Shown here: in pieces, positions 33,301 through 44,350 of the stretch | Layout of the letters: each line of letters starts with the position of its first letter | Position numbering within the stretch: the first letter of the stretch is position 1 | Assembly: GCA_902584995.1 (NCBI GenBank) | Contig: CACICF010000004.1 | Location: forward strand, 13,960 to 77,959 | Origin: an uncultured Pelagibacteraceae bacterium | GTDB lineage: Bacteria > Pseudomonadota > Alphaproteobacteria > Pelagibacterales > Pelagibacteraceae | Direction: 5' to 3' | DNA length: 64,000 nt | Notes under the pieces: generated by a model | What the model was told of the DNA's origin: nothing | Database searches by the model: none | The model's input: the letters and a program-made list of their open reading frames with translations, nothing else | Made by a program: the position numbers and the translations under genes

Positions 33301-36295
33301 TTATCCTCTTATTTTCTTTATCTAGAAAAACAGAGTCAGAAACTGTTACATTTATATTTTTATTTTCCATTGGCACAATAAGTTTTTGGCCATTCATTTT
33401 CTTTCCACTTTTTACGACAGCAAGTGCAATTGATTTATTTAAATTTGGGCTAAAGTAACTCGATGTTACATGCCCAATCATTTCTATGGGTTTTTTGCTT
33501 ATATCAGAAACAATCTGAGCTCCTTCTTCTAATATTTCATTTGGATCATCTGTAAGTAATCCTACAAGTTGTTTTCTATCTTCTCTAATAGTATCACTTC
33601 TATAAAGAGATCTTTTTCCAATAAAATCGTATTTTTTTTTGCTAACTATCCAGTCCATTTGAAGGTCAATTGGCGTCATAGTTCCATCTGTATCTTGACC
33701 AACAATAATAAAACCTTTTTCAGCTCTTAATAAATGCATTGTTTCTGTTCCGTAAGGTGTAATTTTAAATTCTTTTCCTGCCTCAATGCATTTTTCCCAT
33801 AACGATTTTCCGTATTTTGACTCTATATTAATTTCATAACTAAGTTCACCAGTAAAACTTATTCTCATTATTCTACAATTAATCTCATCAATTTTGGCAT
33901 TTTGGTAAGACATATGTGGAAAAGTCTCATCACTAAAATCTTTATCAGGAAATATTTTGGTTAATATTTTTTTAGAGTTAGGACCACATATACTTGCTGT
34001 CGAGTAGTGGTCGGTGACTGAAGTTAAATAAACATCTAATTCAGGCCACTCAGTTTGTAAATAATCTTCAAGTTTTGAAAGAACATTCGCTGCTCCTCCT
34101 GTTGTTGTAGTCATCAAGTAATGATTTTCACCTAATCTTGTCGTAACACCATCATCATAAACCATTCCATCTTCATTTAACATCAATCCATATCTGCATT
34201 TTCCAATTCCTAATTTTGACCATGCATTTGTGTAAACTCTATTTAAAAATTCAGATGCGTCAGTTCCTTGAATATCTATTTTTCCAAGTGTAGAAGCATC
34301 TAAAATTCCTGCACTATCTCTAGCTGCCTTACTTTCTCTTTGAACAGCATCATGAAGATCTTCGTCATCAATAGGGTAGTACCAAGGTCTTTTCCATTGT
34401 CCAACATTTTCGAATTTAGCATTATTTTGAATATGCCATTCATGAATTGACGTTTTTCTAATTATATCAAAAAATTTACCTACACTTCTTCCAACTATTG
34501 ACCCAAAAGTTAATGGGGTAAACGGCGGTCGAAATGTTGTTGTTCCTAATGTACCCATTTTAACACCAGCTGTATCTGCAATAATTCCCAATGCATGCAT
34601 GTTTGATAGTTTGCCCTGATCAGTCGCCATACCAGTTGTTGTGTAACGTTTTACATGTTCAATAGATTTAAAACCTTCCCTAAGCGCAAGTTTTATATCT
34701 TTTGCAGTAGAGTCATTTTGAAAATCAATAAAAGATTTACATTTACCTTCTGATATATAATTTGGTAGTAGCCATAAATTTCTTTTATCTAATTCTTTTG
34801 AGTTTAGTATAGAAGTATTGTCAAATTCAGTTTCGCTGACCTTCAAAAAATTCTTTACCTTTTTATTTGTATTATTAATTATTTCTTCAAGTTCAAAGTC
34901 ACCATTACATGAACCAACATTAATATGATTTTCGTCAATTTCTTTTGGTATAAAAGTTTGATCAATTTCTCTAAAATCTAACTTTCCACCAGATTGTGTA
35001 TGCATGTGAACCATTGGTGTCCAACCACCACTTAGTGCTAAGCAATCACAATTTATTCTATTTTTATCTCCAACAACATTTGATCCATCTTCTGATAAAT
35101 TCATTATCTCAATAGAATTTATTTTTTTATGACCAAAAGTGTTAACTACTGTTGAGTTCCAATAGATTTTAACTCCAAGTTTTTCAGCATTTTTTACAAT
35201 TTTTGAATTAGATTTTTTTCTTATATCTATCATTTCGACAGATATTCCTTTTTCTTTCAAGGAAACAGCCGTTTCATAAGCGCTATCATTATTAGTAAAT
35301 ATCACGTTATTAAATCCACAAGACACACCATAAAAGTCTAAATATTTTTTAACGGAGTTAGAAAGCATTATTCCTGGTCTATCATTATTATTAAATACAA
35401 GGGGTCTTTCTATAGCACCAGTTGCTACTATTACTTTATCAGCTCTGATTTTCCATAATCTCTGTCTGATGCCACCATTTCTTTTATCCAATGGTAGATG
35501 GTCTGAAATATTTTCTTTTGCTAAGAGGTAATTATAACTATGATAAGCTGCTAAGCTTGTTCTAGTTTTGATTGTTAAATTATCTAATTTTTTAAGTTCT
35601 GCTATCTCCTCATCTATCCATGCACCTGAATATTTATCATTAATTTTATAATTTTCATTCTTTTGAAATATTGTTGATCCTCCAAGAATATTTTTATCTT
35701 CAATCAATATTGTTTTTAAATTATTTTTAGCAGAAATTTTTGATGCTATAATTCCAGAAATACCACCACCTATAATTAATACATCACAATGAACATGCTT
35801 ATGGTCATACAATTCAGGATCAGGTTTTGTTGGTGATTTCCCTAGTCCTGCAGACCATCTTATCAACGGTTCATAAATTTTTTTCCAGAAACTTTTAGGC
35901 CACATAAAAGTCTTATAATAAAAACCTGCAGGTATAAATGGAGATATAAGATTGTTAATTCCTCCTATATCAAAATTAACACTGGGCCAACAATTTTGAC
36001 TTGAGGCTTTTAAACCTTCATACAATTCAATTTCTGTAGCTCTAACATTAGGTTCTGTTAAATTTGTATCTTCGTTTATTTGGCATATCGCATTAGGTTC
36101 TTCGGATCCACAAGACATTATTCCTCTTGGTCGGTGATATTTAAAGCTTCTACCAACTAAATGAACTCCATTTGAAAGTAGGGCAGATGCCAAAGTATCA
36201 CCTTCAAAACCGTGATAAGATTTTCCATCAAAATCAAATGAAACTGTTTTAGTTTGATCTACGTGTTTCGTCTTATTAACTCTATATTTTGTCAT
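33293..36295 (-). CDS. soxA: Sarcosine oxidase alpha subunit
   Basis: GDTLASALL, RSFKYHRPRG, KRYTTTGMATDQGK, GcvT-like C-terminus. Confidence 0.96.
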   Translation of the reverse strand: MTKYRVNKTKHVDQTKTVSFDFDGKSYHGFEGDTLASALLSNGVHLVGRSFKYHRPRGIMSCGSEEPNAICQINEDTNLTEPNVRATEIELYEGLKASSQNCWPSVNFDIGGINNLISPFIPAGFYYKTFMWPKSFWKKIYEPLIRWSAGLGKSPTKPDPELYDHKHVHCDVLIIGGGISGIIASKISAKNNLKTILIEDKNILGGSTIFQKNENYKINDKYSGAWIDEEIAELKKLDNLTIKTRTSLAAYHSYNYLLAKENISDHLPLDKRNGGIRQRLWKIRADKVIVATGAIERPLVFNNNDRPGIMLSNSVKKYLDFYGVSCGFNNVIFTNNDSAYETAVSLKEKGISVEMIDIRKKSNSKIVKNAEKLGVKIYWNSTVVNTFGHKKINSIEIMNLSEDGSNVVGDKNRINCDCLALSGGWTPMVHMHTQSGGKLDFREIDQTFIPKEIDENHINVGSCNGDFELEEIINNTNKKVKNFLKVSETEFDNTSILNSKELDKRNLWLLPNYISEGKCKSFIDFQNDSTAKDIKLALREGFKSIEHVKRYTTTGMATDQGKLSNMHALGIIADTAGVKMGTLGTTTFRPPFTPLTFGSIVGRSVGKFFDIIRKTSIHEWHIQNNAKFENVGQWKRPWYYPIDDEDLHDAVQRESKAARDSAGILDASTLGKIDIQGTDASEFLNRVYTNAWSKLGIGKCRYGLMLNEDGMVYDDGVTTRLGENHYLMTTTTGGAANVLSKLEDYLQTEWPELDVYLTSVTDHYSTASICGPNSKKILTKIFPDKDFSDETFPHMSYQNAKIDEINCRIMRISFTGELSYEINIESKYGKSLWEKCIEAGKEFKITPYGTETMHLLRAEKGFIIVGQDTDGTMTPIDLQMDWIVSKKKYDFIGKRSLYRSDTIREDRKQLVGLLTDDPNEILEEGAQIVSDISKKPIEMIGHVTSSYFSPNLNKSIALAVVKSGKKMNGQKLIVPMENKNINVTVSDSVFLDKENKRINA

Positions 36296-36571
36296 TTATT
36301 CTAACGGTGGTTTTTCGCCCATTTTATAAACTGCGTGTATCTTGTCATTTGATGTGTCTCTAACCATATTAAACCATTTCCTACATCCGTGAGCATGGTT
36401 CCATCTTTCGAACTGAACTCCTTTAATATTCTTTCTCATAAATAGATATTCTGCCCATTGATCATCACTTAGCTCAGTTGGTTGTTTTGGTCTAACTATG
36501 TGAGCTTCACCTCCACATGAAAATTCACTTTGGTCTCTTTCACCACAATATGGACAATTTATTAAAAACAT
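36296..36571 (-). CDS. soxD: Sarcosine oxidase delta subunit
   Basis: CPYCGER..EF..GGEAH, HAHGCRKWFN. Confidence 0.96.
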   Translation of the reverse strand: MFLINCPYCGERDQSEFSCGGEAHIVRPKQPTELSDDQWAEYLFMRKNIKGVQFERWNHAHGCRKWFNMVRDTSNDKIHAVYKMGEKPPLE

Positions 36572-37824
36572 TAGTGTGCTACAGCGGCTGCACCATGTTC
36601 ATCAACAAGATCTCCACTTACAAATCGATTAAGATTAAATGCAGCATTTAATTTATGCGGTTCATCATTAGCAATAGTGTGAGCAAATAAATCACCAGAT
36701 CCAGGTGTTGCTTTAAAACCTCCAGTGCCCCAACCACAGTTAAAATAGAGTCCTTTTATATTTGTTTTACTAATTATTGGACTTGCATCAGGACATATAT
36801 CAACAATTCCTCCCCATTGTCTCAACATTTTCATTCGGCTAAAAATAGGGTACAGCTCCAATATTGCTTTTAATGTTCCTTCGACAACATCGTGACTACC
36901 TCTTTGAGTATAAGAAACATAAGCATCCGTACCAGCGCCAATTACAAGTTCACCTTTGTCAGACTGACTAACATATGCATGTACAGCGTTCGACATTACT
37001 ACAGTATCAATTATTGGTTTAACTGGTTCTGAAACTAACGCTTGTAAAGGTTTACTTTCCAGTGGTAATTTTAACCCTGCCATATTAGCAATTACACTTG
37101 AGTGTCCTGCTGCAACAACACCAATTTTATTTGTTTTAATAAATCCTTTTGATGTTTCAACACCTTCAACTTGATCTCCATTTCTTTTAATACCTTTAAC
37201 TTCACAATTTTGAATTATATCAACTCCCATTTCATTAGCACCTCTTGCATAACCCCATGCAACAGCATCATGTCTAGCAGTTCCCGCTCTTCTTTGTAAT
37301 GTTCCACCAAGAACAGGGTATCTTATATCTGGAGAGGTATTTATTATTGGACAAAATTCTTTTACTTGATCTGTATTTAACCATACTGCATCAATACCAT
37401 TTAGTCTGTTTGCGTGAGTTCTCCTTTTTAAATCCCTTACATCTTGAAGGTTATGGGCTAAATTCATAACTCCTCTTTGACTGAACATTATATTGTAATT
37501 TAATTCTTGAGATAAACTTTCCCAAATCTTTAAGGCATGGTCGTATAATCCAGCACTTGCATCCCACAAATAATTTGATCTTATAATTGTAGTATTTCTT
37601 CCTGTATTTCCTCCGCCAATCCAGCCTTTTTCTAACACAGCAATATTCCTCATGTCATGCTTTTTAGCTAGGTAGTAAGCTGTTGCTAAACCGTGGCCAC
37701 CACCTCCAATTATAATAGCTTCATATTCTCTTTTTGGCTCAGGATCTCCCCAGGCTTGCTTCCAGTTTTCATGCTGCGAAAAAGCATTTTTAATTAGTGA
37801 GAATATCGAATATTTGTTTTTCAT
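36571..37824 (-). CDS. soxB: Sarcosine oxidase beta subunit
   Basis: [42 protein letters not shown]. Confidence 0.97.
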   Translation of the reverse strand: MKNKYSIFSLIKNAFSQHENWKQAWGDPEPKREYEAIIIGGGGHGLATAYYLAKKHDMRNIAVLEKGWIGGGNTGRNTTIIRSNYLWDASAGLYDHALKIWESLSQELNYNIMFSQRGVMNLAHNLQDVRDLKRRTHANRLNGIDAVWLNTDQVKEFCPIINTSPDIRYPVLGGTLQRRAGTARHDAVAWGYARGANEMGVDIIQNCEVKGIKRNGDQVEGVETSKGFIKTNKIGVVAAGHSSVIANMAGLKLPLESKPLQALVSEPVKPIIDTVVMSNAVHAYVSQSDKGELVIGAGTDAYVSYTQRGSHDVVEGTLKAILELYPIFSRMKMLRQWGGIVDICPDASPIISKTNIKGLYFNCGWGTGGFKATPGSGDLFAHTIANDEPHKLNAAFNLNRFVSGDLVDEHGAAAVAH

Positions 37825-37849
37825 AATTGCCAGAAATTACTTGATTAAT

Positions 37850-37863
37850 ATTGAATATTCAAT
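37850..37863. promoter_or_regulatory. 14-bp palindrome between divergent soxB and tRNA-Ser
   Basis: ATTGAATATTCAAT provides a TTGAAT -35-like hexamer on each strand. On the minus strand it reads TTGAAT-17-TAATTT toward soxB. Confidence 0.5.
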
Positions 37864-37888
37864 GATTTCAAGTTACACATCTACGTAC

Positions 37889-37983
37889 GGAAGGATGGGT
37901 GAGCTGGTTGAAACCAGCGGTTTGCTAAACCGCCGTACGCTTGAAAAGGTGTACCGAGGGTTCGAATCCCTCTCCTTCCGCCA
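37889..37983 (+). tRNA. tRNA-Ser(GCT)
   Basis: Acceptor stem GGAAGGA/TCCTTCC plus GCCA, anticodon arm GCGGT-TT-GCT-AA-ACCGC, long variable arm, T-loop GGTTCGAATCC. Confidence 0.97.
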
Positions 37984-40170
37984 TTAATATAATGGCTTAT
38001 TTTTAAAAAAATCGCTTAGATAAATTGGTTTTTGAGACAATATGTACCTATAAACATTATAATTTTCTAAAACTCTTTGAACGTAATTTCTTGTTTCTTT
38101 AAATTTTATTAGCTCAACCCAATCCACATAATCTATTTGTTTTTTTTGGGGATCTTTGTTTAATTTCTTCCAATACTTAACTCTTTTGGGTCCTGCATTA
38201 TAAGCAGCTGTAGCAAAAGGGTATGATCCTTTATAATCACTAATCAATCCAGCAATATAATGAGATCCTAAATTTATATTATATTCAGGGTCGGTTGTTA
38301 ATTTTGATTTAGAGTAACCAAGTTTAGCTTGCTTTGAGACTGTTTTAGCAGTGTATGGCATAAGCTGCATTAATCCTTGAGCACCAACTCTACTTCTAGC
38401 CGAGGTATCAAATTCACTTTCCTGTCTTATAATAGATAATATTAAAGCCGGATCAGGAATTTTCCTACCACCTACAAATTTTGGCACACTCATGATTGGG
38501 TAATTAAATTGGTTATGAAATCTTTTTTGATATGATGCTATTTTAGAAACTTGTATTGCAAAATCAAATCGTGAAATATCGGACGCCAGTTTTGCAGCTA
38601 AAACCTCGCTTCCTTTTTCTATATTATCATTAGCTAAATGTCTTAATATATGTTTGGTGTATTTATCTTTATTTAAAAAATCAAGTAGATCCACAATTGC
38701 AACAAGTTTTTTTAAATAAAATTCTTGCTCATATTTATCATCAACAAACATTAATTTATCAAGTTCAAATTTTTCTTGCGGTTTAATTTTCATATGTGAA
38801 AGTTGGCCATAATAAGTTGTTAAATATTTTGATCCTTCAAAATACCATTTATTAGAATTATCTTTATCACCAATTTTTTCATAAGTTCTTCCTAACCAGT
38901 AAGCCCCCCTTGAAAGACTTATTGGATAGTTAACACTATAGTAAAAATTTTTAAAATGGTTTTCTGCTAGGTCTGGTTTTTTTAAAAAACTTAATGCTAT
39001 CCAGCCACTCATCCATTCGGCTTCTGCATATTGAGGGCCCTCTGACATTGCATGTTTTGAAACTATTTTATAAGCAGTATTATATTTTTTTTTATATAAT
39101 AAAGATCTTCCAATTATTGATCTTTCTTTCCACCATTTATCAGGTCTAACTAAATATTCCTTTGTATTTTGAATATCATTTAATATTTCTAACGAGCTAT
39201 CTACACGACCTTTTTTTCTTCTCCATTTTAATCTGTCATATTTTAAGCCTGGGTCATTTTTTAAATTTTGTGGCACTTTTTTTATTGCTTCATCAACTCC
39301 ATAACCTCTACTTATTAATATTTGTCTAGCAGTATAAAGTAATTGATAATCTTTTGGTAAATATCTTATAATTCTCTTAAGGTCCCAGTGTTTACCTTCC
39401 CAAGCATAATAATCCGCACGTTTAATATAGTCTGATGTATCTAAAATATTTTTAAATTTCTTTCTAAAATATTTTAGATTATTTGTATTTAAGTCAGCAT
39501 TTACAAAACCTTCTTTAACTAGTTTAATGCCTTCTTCCGATCTACCAATCTTTATCAAACTTTCGCCTAACATCATTTTTCCATAACCGCTTAAGGGTTT
39601 ATTTTTTGTAAGCCAATTAATTACATCTGAAGGTGTTTGATTTTGTAAATTGATCTTGTGTTCAGCTAGATATTTAATTCTATCAAATCTTGGATAATCT
39701 TTAACCCTTTCAATAAATCTCTTATATTCAGAAAATGATGCTTTATTTCCTGATGTTAACAAATGTCTCCATTCAATAAAATCATAAATTGATTGGGCTC
39801 TAGCCTTTTTTGCAACTATTTTAGCATCTTTCCAATTAGACTTTTCCATAAATCTAATTGCTTGTTTTGCATATTCAAAGTCTCTTTCACTATAGTATTT
39901 TGTTTTTTTTGCAGTTCTTAACGACTGTTTTTTAACAACAAGTGGTTTTTTTGGAGGTATTAAAATTCCAAATATCTCTTTAGGTAGATCTTTATCATTT
40001 TTTAAGCTTTGTTTATCAATTACAGTGCCTGGTTTAAAAGGAGGAATTAATATCCTGCTTTTAAAAGAAGGTTTTTTTTTTGGTATTATTAATTCATCTG
40101 AATATGATGATTGAAAAAAGCTCAAAAAAAATATAATTGTAAATAGGAATTGAGATTTTCTAAAAATCAT
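37984..40170 (-). CDS. slt: Soluble lytic murein transglycosylase (Slt70-like)
   Basis: N-terminal hydrophobic signal, IIRQESEF, GAQGLMQLMP, AAYNAGP, ETRNYVQRV; ATG 40170 preferred over TTG 40179. Confidence 0.93.
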   Translation of the reverse strand: MIFRKSQFLFTIIFFLSFFQSSYSDELIIPKKKPSFKSRILIPPFKPGTVIDKQSLKNDKDLPKEIFGILIPPKKPLVVKKQSLRTAKKTKYYSERDFEYAKQAIRFMEKSNWKDAKIVAKKARAQSIYDFIEWRHLLTSGNKASFSEYKRFIERVKDYPRFDRIKYLAEHKINLQNQTPSDVINWLTKNKPLSGYGKMMLGESLIKIGRSEEGIKLVKEGFVNADLNTNNLKYFRKKFKNILDTSDYIKRADYYAWEGKHWDLKRIIRYLPKDYQLLYTARQILISRGYGVDEAIKKVPQNLKNDPGLKYDRLKWRRKKGRVDSSLEILNDIQNTKEYLVRPDKWWKERSIIGRSLLYKKKYNTAYKIVSKHAMSEGPQYAEAEWMSGWIALSFLKKPDLAENHFKNFYYSVNYPISLSRGAYWLGRTYEKIGDKDNSNKWYFEGSKYLTTYYGQLSHMKIKPQEKFELDKLMFVDDKYEQEFYLKKLVAIVDLLDFLNKDKYTKHILRHLANDNIEKGSEVLAAKLASDISRFDFAIQVSKIASYQKRFHNQFNYPIMSVPKFVGGRKIPDPALILSIIRQESEFDTSARSRVGAQGLMQLMPYTAKTVSKQAKLGYSKSKLTTDPEYNINLGSHYIAGLISDYKGSYPFATAAYNAGPKRVKYWKKLNKDPQKKQIDYVDWVELIKFKETRNYVQRVLENYNVYRYILSQKPIYLSDFFKNKPLY

Positions 40171-40197
40171 TTCTAACAACTTATGATATAAATATTT

Positions 40198-41085
40198 ATG
40201 TTTAAAGGTTCAAATGTGGCTTTAGTAACACCTTTTAAAGGCGATAGTCTTGATGAGGAAACTTATATCAAAATTATTAATTTTCATTTAGAAAATGGAA
40301 CAAATGGCCTTGTGCCTGCTGGTACAACAGGAGAGTCTCCAACTTTATCACATAAAGAACATGAAAAAGTAATTGAGCTTTGTATAAAAGAGGCAAAAGG
40401 AAAGATACCTGTTATAGCTGGCACAGGTTCAAATTCAACCGTTGAAGCTATTTCTCTGACTAAACATGCGGAAACAGCAGGAGCAGATGGTGCATTAATT
40501 GTAACTCCATATTACAATAAACCTACTCAGGAGGGCTTGTATGCACATTACAAAGCTATAAATGACAGCTGTGGAATACCTATAATAATTTATAATATTC
40601 CTGGAAGATCTGTTATCGATATGTCGGTAGACACAATGGCTAGATTATTTGAGCTAAAAAATATTGTTGGAGTTAAGGATGCAACCGGAGACCTAAGTAG
40701 AGTAGATGAGACTTTTAAAAAAATTGGAAATGAATTTATTCAATTAACAGGTGAAGATGGACTCGCTTTTGAATATAACAAAAGAGGTGGCGTGGGATGT
40801 ATTTCTGTCACTGCTAATATTGCTCCAAAAATGTGCTCAGAGATGCAAAAATTTTCTAAATCTAATAATAAAGATGAATTAAAAATAGCTGAAGAAATTG
40901 ATAATAAATTACAACCAGTTCATAAATCATTATTTATTGAAAGCAATCCGTCTCCAGTAAAATATGCTGCAAAACTTATTGGTCTCTGTGACGACAAAGT
41001 CAGACTACCACTGGTAAAAGTTTTAGACAAAACTAAAAGTGAAGTCAAAAAAGCGCTCTTATCAGCTGAATTAATTAATGAATAA
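40198..41085 (+). CDS. dapA: 4-hydroxy-tetrahydrodipicolinate synthase
   Basis: [37 protein letters not shown]. Confidence 0.97.
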   Translation: MFKGSNVALVTPFKGDSLDEETYIKIINFHLENGTNGLVPAGTTGESPTLSHKEHEKVIELCIKEAKGKIPVIAGTGSNSTVEAISLTKHAETAGADGALIVTPYYNKPTQEGLYAHYKAINDSCGIPIIIYNIPGRSVIDMSVDTMARLFELKNIVGVKDATGDLSRVDETFKKIGNEFIQLTGEDGLAFEYNKRGGVGCISVTANIAPKMCSEMQKFSKSNNKDELKIAEEIDNKLQPVHKSLFIESNPSPVKYAAKLIGLCDDKVRLPLVKVLDKTKSEVKKALLSAELINE

Positions 41086-41548
41086 TAAAACCAATACTGG
41101 TTTTAAAATTATTACAATAAATAGAAAAGCATCTTTTAATTATTTTTTTAAGGAACTATTTGAAGCAGGAATTGTCTTAAAAGGATCAGAAATTAAATCT
41201 GTAAGATTAGGAAAAATTAATATTGCAGATTCATATGCGGTTGATAGAGAAGGCGAAATTTTCCTTATCAATTCGCATATTCCTATTTATAAACAGGCAA
41301 GTTATTCCAATCACAATCCATATTCTGAAAGAAAATTATTACTAAATAAAAAAGAAATTAATAAGATAATCGGCAGAATTCACGAAGACGGACTTACTAT
41401 TGTGCCAACTAAAATGTATTTTAAAAAAGGTAAAGCGAAAATAGAAATTGCTGTTGCAAAAGGTAAAAAACAATTTGATAAAAGACTTACAAAAAAAACT
41501 AGAGATTGGAACCGTGAAAAAGCAAGATACATCAGAAAATCAAGTTAA
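41078..41548 (+). CDS. smpB: SsrA-binding protein
   Basis: [31 protein letters not shown]. Confidence 0.97.
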   Translation: MNNKTNTGFKIITINRKASFNYFFKELFEAGIVLKGSEIKSVRLGKINIADSYAVDREGEIFLINSHIPIYKQASYSNHNPYSERKLLLNKKEINKIIGRIHEDGLTIVPTKMYFKKGKAKIEIAVAKGKKQFDKRLTKKTRDWNREKARYIRKSS

Positions 41549-42044
41549 TTTTGTATATCTTGCGTTTGGATCTAACTTGGGTGATAGAAAAAAAAATTTA
41601 AATAAGGCTCTAAGTTTATTAATAAAAGAAAATATCGTCGTAAAAAAGAAGTCAAATTTATATAGATCAAAATCTTGGCCAAATGAAAATTTTCCTGAAT
41701 TCATCAATTTTGTATTATTTATTGAGACAAGACTTAATTTAAAAAAATTGTTCTTAAAAATTAAAAATGTTGAATCTCAAGTTGGAAGAATTAAATCAAA
41801 AAGAAATTTTCCAAGGGTTTGTGATATTGATATTATAGATTTTAATGGTCAAATAATTCAAAAAAAAATTGGAAATAATAAAATCAATGTACCCCATGAA
41901 AGAATGCACAGTAGAAATTTTGTACTACTTCCATTGTTTGAAATAAATAAAGATTGGTTTCATCCTAAACTTTGTAAAAATATAGTATTTTTGTTATCAA
42001 ATTTATCTTCTGAGCAGTTATTGGGTATTAAAATTGTTCAATAA
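41514..42044 (+). CDS. folK: 6-hydroxymethyl-7,8-dihydropterin pyrophosphokinase
   Basis: [36 protein letters not shown]; start uncertain (GTG 41514 chosen). Confidence 0.93.
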   Translation: MKKQDTSENQVNFVYLAFGSNLGDRKKNLNKALSLLIKENIVVKKKSNLYRSKSWPNENFPEFINFVLFIETRLNLKKLFLKIKNVESQVGRIKSKRNFPRVCDIDIIDFNGQIIQKKIGNNKINVPHERMHSRNFVLLPLFEINKDWFHPKLCKNIVFLLSNLSSEQLLGIKIVQ

Positions 42045-42060
42045 AATGATATAAATAATT

Positions 42061-43803
42061 ATGCTTAAATCTGAGGAATTAATAAATAAGGTTAAAAATT
42101 ATAATAAATTTTTAAACCCTGAAACTTTATCAAAAGCTTACGATTTTGCTTTGAAAGCTCACGAAAAACAAAAAAGAGATGAGGGATCACCATATATAAT
42201 TCACCCAATTGCTGTTGCAGATATTTTAACAGAGTTAAAGCTGGATAGCGCAACAATAGCAACAGGACTACTTCATGACACAATTGAAGATACTTACGCA
42301 ACCTACAATACTATTGAGTCCGAATTCGGAAAGGAAGTCGCTGATTTGGTTGACGGAGTAACAAAAATATCAGTTTTTGAAAATCAAGCAATCGCAAATT
42401 CTAAAGCTGAAAACTTTAGAAAACTTATTTTAGCAACTTCAAAAGATATAAGAGTTTTGCTTGTCAAGTTAGCAGACAGATTGCACAATATGCGAACAAT
42501 AAAAGTTGTTGAGAAAGAAAAACAAATTAGAAAAGCAAAAGAAACGATGGAAATCTATGCTCCACTTGCTGATAGAATGGGAATGCATCGTATAAGAGAT
42601 GAATTAGAAGATCTTTCGTTTGAAGTTTTAAATGAGGATGCAAGAAAATTAATTAAAGACCGTTTGGATAAAATTAAAGAAAATAATCTTATTAATTTTA
42701 ATAATATTTCTGATCAATTCTATGAAATTTTAAAAGATAAAAATATAAACCCTAAAATTATTGGAAGAGAAAAAACACCTTTTTCAATTTGGAGAAAAAT
42801 TCAAAAAAAGAGAACTTCACTTGAACAAATTACTGATATAATTGGTTTCAGAATTATTTTAGAAAATATTGAAGATTGTTACAAGGCGTTAGGTGTTTTT
42901 CACAGTAAATGGAATTGTATACCTGGAAAATTTAAAGATTACATATCATCACCAAAAATTAACAAATATCAATCATTGCATACCGCAATAATTGGACCAA
43001 ACAAAAGGCCTATTGAGATTCAGTTAAGGACTACACCAATGCATGAGTTTGCAGAAAGAGGTATTGCTTCGCATTGGAAATACAAATCATCTGAAAAATT
43101 TAATTCTTTGACCTGGAAAGAATATGACTGGTTGGCAGATTTAGTTGAAATTATTGATAAAAACGAAAATCCTGACGACTCTTATGAGTATACAAAACTT
43201 CAAATGTTTCAAGAAAATGCATTTTGTTTCACACCTAAAGGATCAATTATTAAACTTCCAAAAAATGCTACACCAATAGACTTTGCTTATGCAGTTCATA
43301 CTCAAATAGGAGATGCTGCAATTGGATGTGAGATAAATGGTAAAGATAGTGCTTTACAATCAGTTTTGAGAAATGGCGATGTTGTTAAAATTATAACATC
43401 AAAAAAAGCATCCCCATCACTTCATTGGTTGACTAGCACCAAAACTGGTAAGGCTAGAGCTGCAATTAGACGATATTGGCAATATCGTGAAAATACTAAG
43501 CCATTAAAAGAAAAAAGATATAACACCACATTATGGATTTCTCTGCCAGATGAACCAGGTAAAATGGGTGACGTAACAACAATGATTGGAGAAAACTTTG
43601 TAAACATTTCTAGTGTAGAAATGGTTGAAAAACTTAATGGAAGAATCAATTTTAAATTTAATTTGATTATACATGATCTTAAAAACTTTACAAAACTGAT
43701 AAGTGAACTAAAACAAAAAGAATATAAATTTAAAATTATAAGACATAAAAATAAAAAATATGCTTTCTTTAAAAAACTCTTTAGCAGTTTTAAGAAAAAC
43801 TGA
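42061..43803 (+). CDS. spoT: Bifunctional (p)ppGpp synthetase/hydrolase (Rel/SpoT), compact
   Basis: LLHDTIEDT, KLADRLHNMRT, YQSLHT, EIQLRT, TGS domain (TPIDFAYAVHT), ACT-like tail. Confidence 0.95.
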   Translation: MLKSEELINKVKNYNKFLNPETLSKAYDFALKAHEKQKRDEGSPYIIHPIAVADILTELKLDSATIATGLLHDTIEDTYATYNTIESEFGKEVADLVDGVTKISVFENQAIANSKAENFRKLILATSKDIRVLLVKLADRLHNMRTIKVVEKEKQIRKAKETMEIYAPLADRMGMHRIRDELEDLSFEVLNEDARKLIKDRLDKIKENNLINFNNISDQFYEILKDKNINPKIIGREKTPFSIWRKIQKKRTSLEQITDIIGFRIILENIEDCYKALGVFHSKWNCIPGKFKDYISSPKINKYQSLHTAIIGPNKRPIEIQLRTTPMHEFAERGIASHWKYKSSEKFNSLTWKEYDWLADLVEIIDKNENPDDSYEYTKLQMFQENAFCFTPKGSIIKLPKNATPIDFAYAVHTQIGDAAIGCEINGKDSALQSVLRNGDVVKIITSKKASPSLHWLTSTKTGKARAAIRRYWQYRENTKPLKEKRYNTTLWISLPDEPGKMGDVTTMIGENFVNISSVEMVEKLNGRINFKFNLIIHDLKNFTKLISELKQKEYKFKIIRHKNKKYAFFKKLFSSFKKN

Positions 43804-44350
43804 TGCATTGTTAGAAGGTCATTTTGTATTATCTTCAGGTCTACATTCACCTTCTTATGTTCAGTGTGCAAAATTATTAAGTTATCCAAATAAATCTGTA
43901 AAATTTACAAATTCTTTAGCAATAAAAATTAAAAAAAGTTTTAAAAATATTGATTTAATTCTTTCTCCAGCAATGGGTGGAATAGTTGTTGGTTATGAGG
44001 TTGGAAGAGTTTTAAAAAAAGAAACAATTTTTTGTGAACGAGTTGATGGAATTTTTAAATTAAGAAGAGGCTTCAATATAAAAAAAAAATCAAGAGTTTT
44101 AATTATTGAAGATGTAATAACCACAGGAAAATCAAGTTTGGAATGTGTAAAATTAATTAAAAAATCTCATGCAATTTTATTAGGATTTGCTTGTTTGATA
44201 GATCGATCTGATAAAAAAACTTTAAAAATTAAAGGAAAGAAAATTATTTCACAAATAAAATTAAAAATTCCCACATATAAAGAAAAAAATATTCCTGAAA
44301 ATTTAAAAAAAATTCCAATTACAAAACCTGGTAGTAGATTTATAAAATGA
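43760..44350 (+). CDS. pyrE: Orotate phosphoribosyltransferase
   Basis: GHFVLSSGLHS, IIEDVITTGKS, KPGSR; overlaps spoT by 44 nt. Confidence 0.96.
   Translation: MLSLKNSLAVLRKTDALLEGHFVLSSGLHSPSYVQCAKLLSYPNKSVKFTNSLAIKIKKSFKNIDLILSPAMGGIVVGYEVGRVLKKETIFCERVDGIFKLRRGFNIKKKSRVLIIEDVITTGKSSLECVKLIKKSHAILLGFACLIDRSDKKTLKIKGKKIISQIKLKIPTYKEKNIPENLKKIPITKPGSRFIK

Noticed and set aside
37889-37983. tRNA-Ser as an integration site for the recombinase
   Set aside because: No duplicated tRNA 3' end was seen, the flanking genes are core, and the recombinase is about 25 kb away.
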